Positions 61,912 to 64,000 of a stretch of DNA of 64,000 nucleotides are shown piece after piece. The stretch comes from Dethiobacter sp. (GTDB taxonomy: Bacteria > Bacillota > Dethiobacteria > DTU022 > UBA8154). The notes below the pieces were generated by a model. That model was not told where the DNA came from. It worked only from the letters and a program-made list of their open reading frames with translations, and ran no database searches. The position numbers and the translations under genes are program-made. Location: positions 19,562 through 83,561 of the forward strand of contig QZJM01000020.1 in the NCBI GenBank assembly GCA_003605065.1, in the 5' to 3' direction. Numbering within the stretch: the first letter of the stretch is position 1; every line of letters starts with the position of its first letter.

Positions 61912-63678
61912 TTGCAACAAGGAAAAACAGTTATTAAAGTAGGCTTCAGCACTTGCGGTATAGCCGCTGGCGGTAACAAGGTTTATGAGGTACTGACAAA
62001 AGGAATTGCCAAAGACAATTTGCAGGTAGTGCTCCAGAAAACAGGCTGTATCGGCATGTGTTATCTTGAGCCCATTGTGGATGTCATTACCCCGGAGGGA
62101 AACCTGTTTTCCTACGGGGGGGTAACGGAAGAGAATGCCATCAGGATCATGGAGGAGCATATCAAACAAGGGCAGCCGCCCGAAGATTTGTTAATTAACA
62201 AAGAGAGAGAAGAAGTTGTAGGACAGCAGGTTAGGATAGCTTTACGCAACTGCGGTATTATTGATCCCGAATCCATGAATGATTACAGAGAAAGCGGAGG
62301 ATATAAAGCTATTGAAAAAGCTCTCCTGGAGATGACCCCTGAAAAAGTTATAGATGAAGTTCTTCGCTCGGGTCTCCGGGGCAGGGGAGGAGCCGGATTC
62401 CCCACCGGATTGAAGTGGCGATTTACCAGGCAGTATCAAAGCAATCAAAAATATTTAGTCTGTAATGCCGATGAAGGAGACCCCGGGGCTTTTATGGACC
62501 GCAGTATTATCGAAGGGGATCCCCATGCAGTCCTGGAGGGGATGATGATTGCCGCTTATGCCATCGGGGCTTCGGAAGGGCATATTTATGTGCGTGCGGA
62601 ATACCCCCTGGCTATTATTCGCCTTGATAAGGCAATTAAGGATATGAAAGAGGCAGGCCTGCTGGGTAACAATATCCTTGGCAGCGGGTTTAATTTCACT
62701 TTAAAAATTAAAAAGGGAGCCGGGGCATTTGTTTGCGGGGAGGAAACTGCTCTCATCGCTTCCCTGGAGGGAGAAAGGGGCATGCCCAGGTTGAAGCCTC
62801 CTTTCCCGGCTGAAGCAGGGCTTTGGAAAAAACCCACCTGTATCAATAACGTAGAAACTTTTGCCAATGTACCCTGGATTATTTTAAATGGAGCGGAGAA
62901 GTACGCCGCTTACGGGACAGAAAAGAGCAAGGGAACAAAGGTTTTTGCCCTGGCCGGCAAAGCGAAGCGAGGCGGGCTGATCGAGGTTCCCATGGGTATT
63001 ACCCTGAAAGAAGTAATTTTTGGAGTTGGCGGGGGTATCCGCGACGACAAAAAGTTTAAAGGTGTACAGCTCGGTGGCCCTTCGGGAGGCTGTATCCCGG
63101 AAAGCCTTCTGGACACTCCTGTAGACTATGACTCTGTCGGAAAAACCGGTGCCATCATGGGGTCCGGCGGTATGATCGTTATGGACGAGACTACATGTAT
63201 GGTGGACATGGCTCGTTTCTTCTCCAATTTTGTCCAGAACGAGTCCTGTGGGAAGTGCATCCACTGCAGGTTGGGGACGAAGAGGATGCTGGAGATCCTG
63301 AACCGTATTACAGAGGGCAAGGCCCAGCCGGAGGAACTGGACTTACTGGAAGAGATTGCTTATAACGTCAAAGAAGGGGCTTTATGCGGACTGGGTCAAA
63401 CTGCTCCCAACCCTGTACTGACCACTCTTAACTATTTCCGGGAAGAATATGTGTCCCATATTATGGATCGCAAATGCCCGGCAAAGGTTTGTTATGAGCT
63501 CCTAACTTATACCATTGACCCTGAGTTGTGCAACGGCTGCCGGCGTTGCAGCAAGCGCTGCCCGACGGAGGCTATTTCAGGCAACAAGAAGGAGCCTCAT
63601 GTTATTGACCAGGAAAAGTGTATTAAGTGCGGCAATTGCTTTGATACCTGCAGGTTTAAGGCGGTTTTGGTGGATTAA
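61912..63678 (+). CDS. NuoF/HndC-like NADH-binding flavoprotein subunit (FMN, [4Fe-4S], N-terminal [2Fe-2S], C-terminal 2x[4Fe-4S])
   Basis: GRGGAGFPTGLKW (NADH/FMN site), a SLBB domain, the CGKCIHCRLG cluster and C-terminal ferredoxin motifs CNGCRRCSKRCP...CIKCGNCFDTC. TTG at 61912 with a GAGGAGG RBS. The track ORF begins at GTG 61903. Confidence 0.9.
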   Translation: MQQGKTVIKVGFSTCGIAAGGNKVYEVLTKGIAKDNLQVVLQKTGCIGMCYLEPIVDVITPEGNLFSYGGVTEENAIRIMEEHIKQGQPPEDLLINKEREEVVGQQVRIALRNCGIIDPESMNDYRESGGYKAIEKALLEMTPEKVIDEVLRSGLRGRGGAGFPTGLKWRFTRQYQSNQKYLVCNADEGDPGAFMDRSIIEGDPHAVLEGMMIAAYAIGASEGHIYVRAEYPLAIIRLDKAIKDMKEAGLLGNNILGSGFNFTLKIKKGAGAFVCGEETALIASLEGERGMPRLKPPFPAEAGLWKKPTCINNVETFANVPWIILNGAEKYAAYGTEKSKGTKVFALAGKAKRGGLIEVPMGITLKEVIFGVGGGIRDDKKFKGVQLGGPSGGCIPESLLDTPVDYDSVGKTGAIMGSGGMIVMDETTCMVDMARFFSNFVQNESCGKCIHCRLGTKRMLEILNRITEGKAQPEELDLLEEIAYNVKEGALCGLGQTAPNPVLTTLNYFREEYVSHIMDRKCPAKVCYELLTYTIDPELCNGCRRCSKRCPTEAISGNKKEPHVIDQEKCIKCGNCFDTCRFKAVLVD

Positions 63679-63737
63679 AGAAATGCCGGTCTGAGGCCAG
63701 TTAATTATTTTTAAAGTAAAGGGGTTGAGTAAAGCGC

Positions 63738-64000
63738 ATGAGTCGAGTACGCATTAATATAAACGGTCAGGAATTATCCGGCCATGACGATCAAACCATT
63801 CTGGATCTAGCCAGGGAAAATGCCATTTATATTCCCACGCTTTGTTTTAGTGGCGATCTGGAAATATATGCTTCCTGCGGTCTTTGCCTGGTTGAAGTGG
63901 AGGGGATGCCCCGCTTGGCCAGGGCATGTGCCACAAAAATTAGTGATGGGATGGTAATCCAGACGGAGAATGATAAAATCAGCAAAGCCAGGAAACTGGC
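63738..64000 (+). CDS. NuoG-like catalytic large subunit, N-terminal [2Fe-2S] ferredoxin domain (either [FeFe]-hydrogenase HydA or formate dehydrogenase alpha). The gene continues past the window edge.
   Basis: ININGQELSGHDDQTILDLARENAIYIPTLCF...CGLCLVEVEG pattern. Confidence 0.75.
   Translation, partial: MSRVRININGQELSGHDDQTILDLARENAIYIPTLCFSGDLEIYASCGLCLVEVEGMPRLARACATKISDGMVIQTENDKISKARKL

Overview
This is about 64 kb of chromosomal DNA from a Gram-positive, endospore-forming member of the Firmicutes (Clostridia-like), at roughly 50% GC. Almost every gene is on the + strand. I found no rRNA, tRNA, CRISPR array, IS element or transposase. Several Bacillus-like synteny blocks are recognisable. 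Block one is mnmA (3' end), a zinc-ribbon ORF, an AI-2E transporter, then alaS-ireB-[AKR/ferredoxin]-ruvX-yrzB-mltG-class B PBP. Block two is znuCB-like ABC genes and a GAF sensor kinase with a LuxR-type regulator. Block three is a sipW-tasA-like locus with unusual repeat architecture. Block four is a six-gene signalling operon: a 713-aa orphan protein, a SelA-derived domain fused to PAS-GGDEF-HD-GYP, a KAS II-like protein carrying a His-to-Asn change, two paralogous GAF/PAS histidine kinases and an HD-GYP response regulator. Block five is a type IV pilus cluster, preceded by apgM and ordered pilN-pilO-short A24 peptidase-pilB-pilT-pilC-pilA-minor pilins-pilM. The remaining blocks are addB-addA, a radical SAM gene, pro-sigma-K, yqeG, a GspH-like pseudopilin, pepP-efp, an acidic zinc-ribbon protein, spoIIIAA-AH, asp23-amaP-DUF2273, nusB, a divergent TsaD-family gene, and the start of a NuoE/F/G-like NADH-dependent hydrogenase or formate dehydrogenase module with a Rex-box-like operator upstream. 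The signalling operon is the most likely candidate for an undescribed system. The other main non-genic oddities are a 264-bp mosaic element built from GGGGACA/TGTCCCC heptamers with 11-bp terminal inverted repeats, a tandem 40-bp repeat, a repeated 22-aa motif shared by SipW's tail and its upstream ORF with an in-frame TGA at a conserved Trp, and a major pilin gene with no canonical in-frame start codon.
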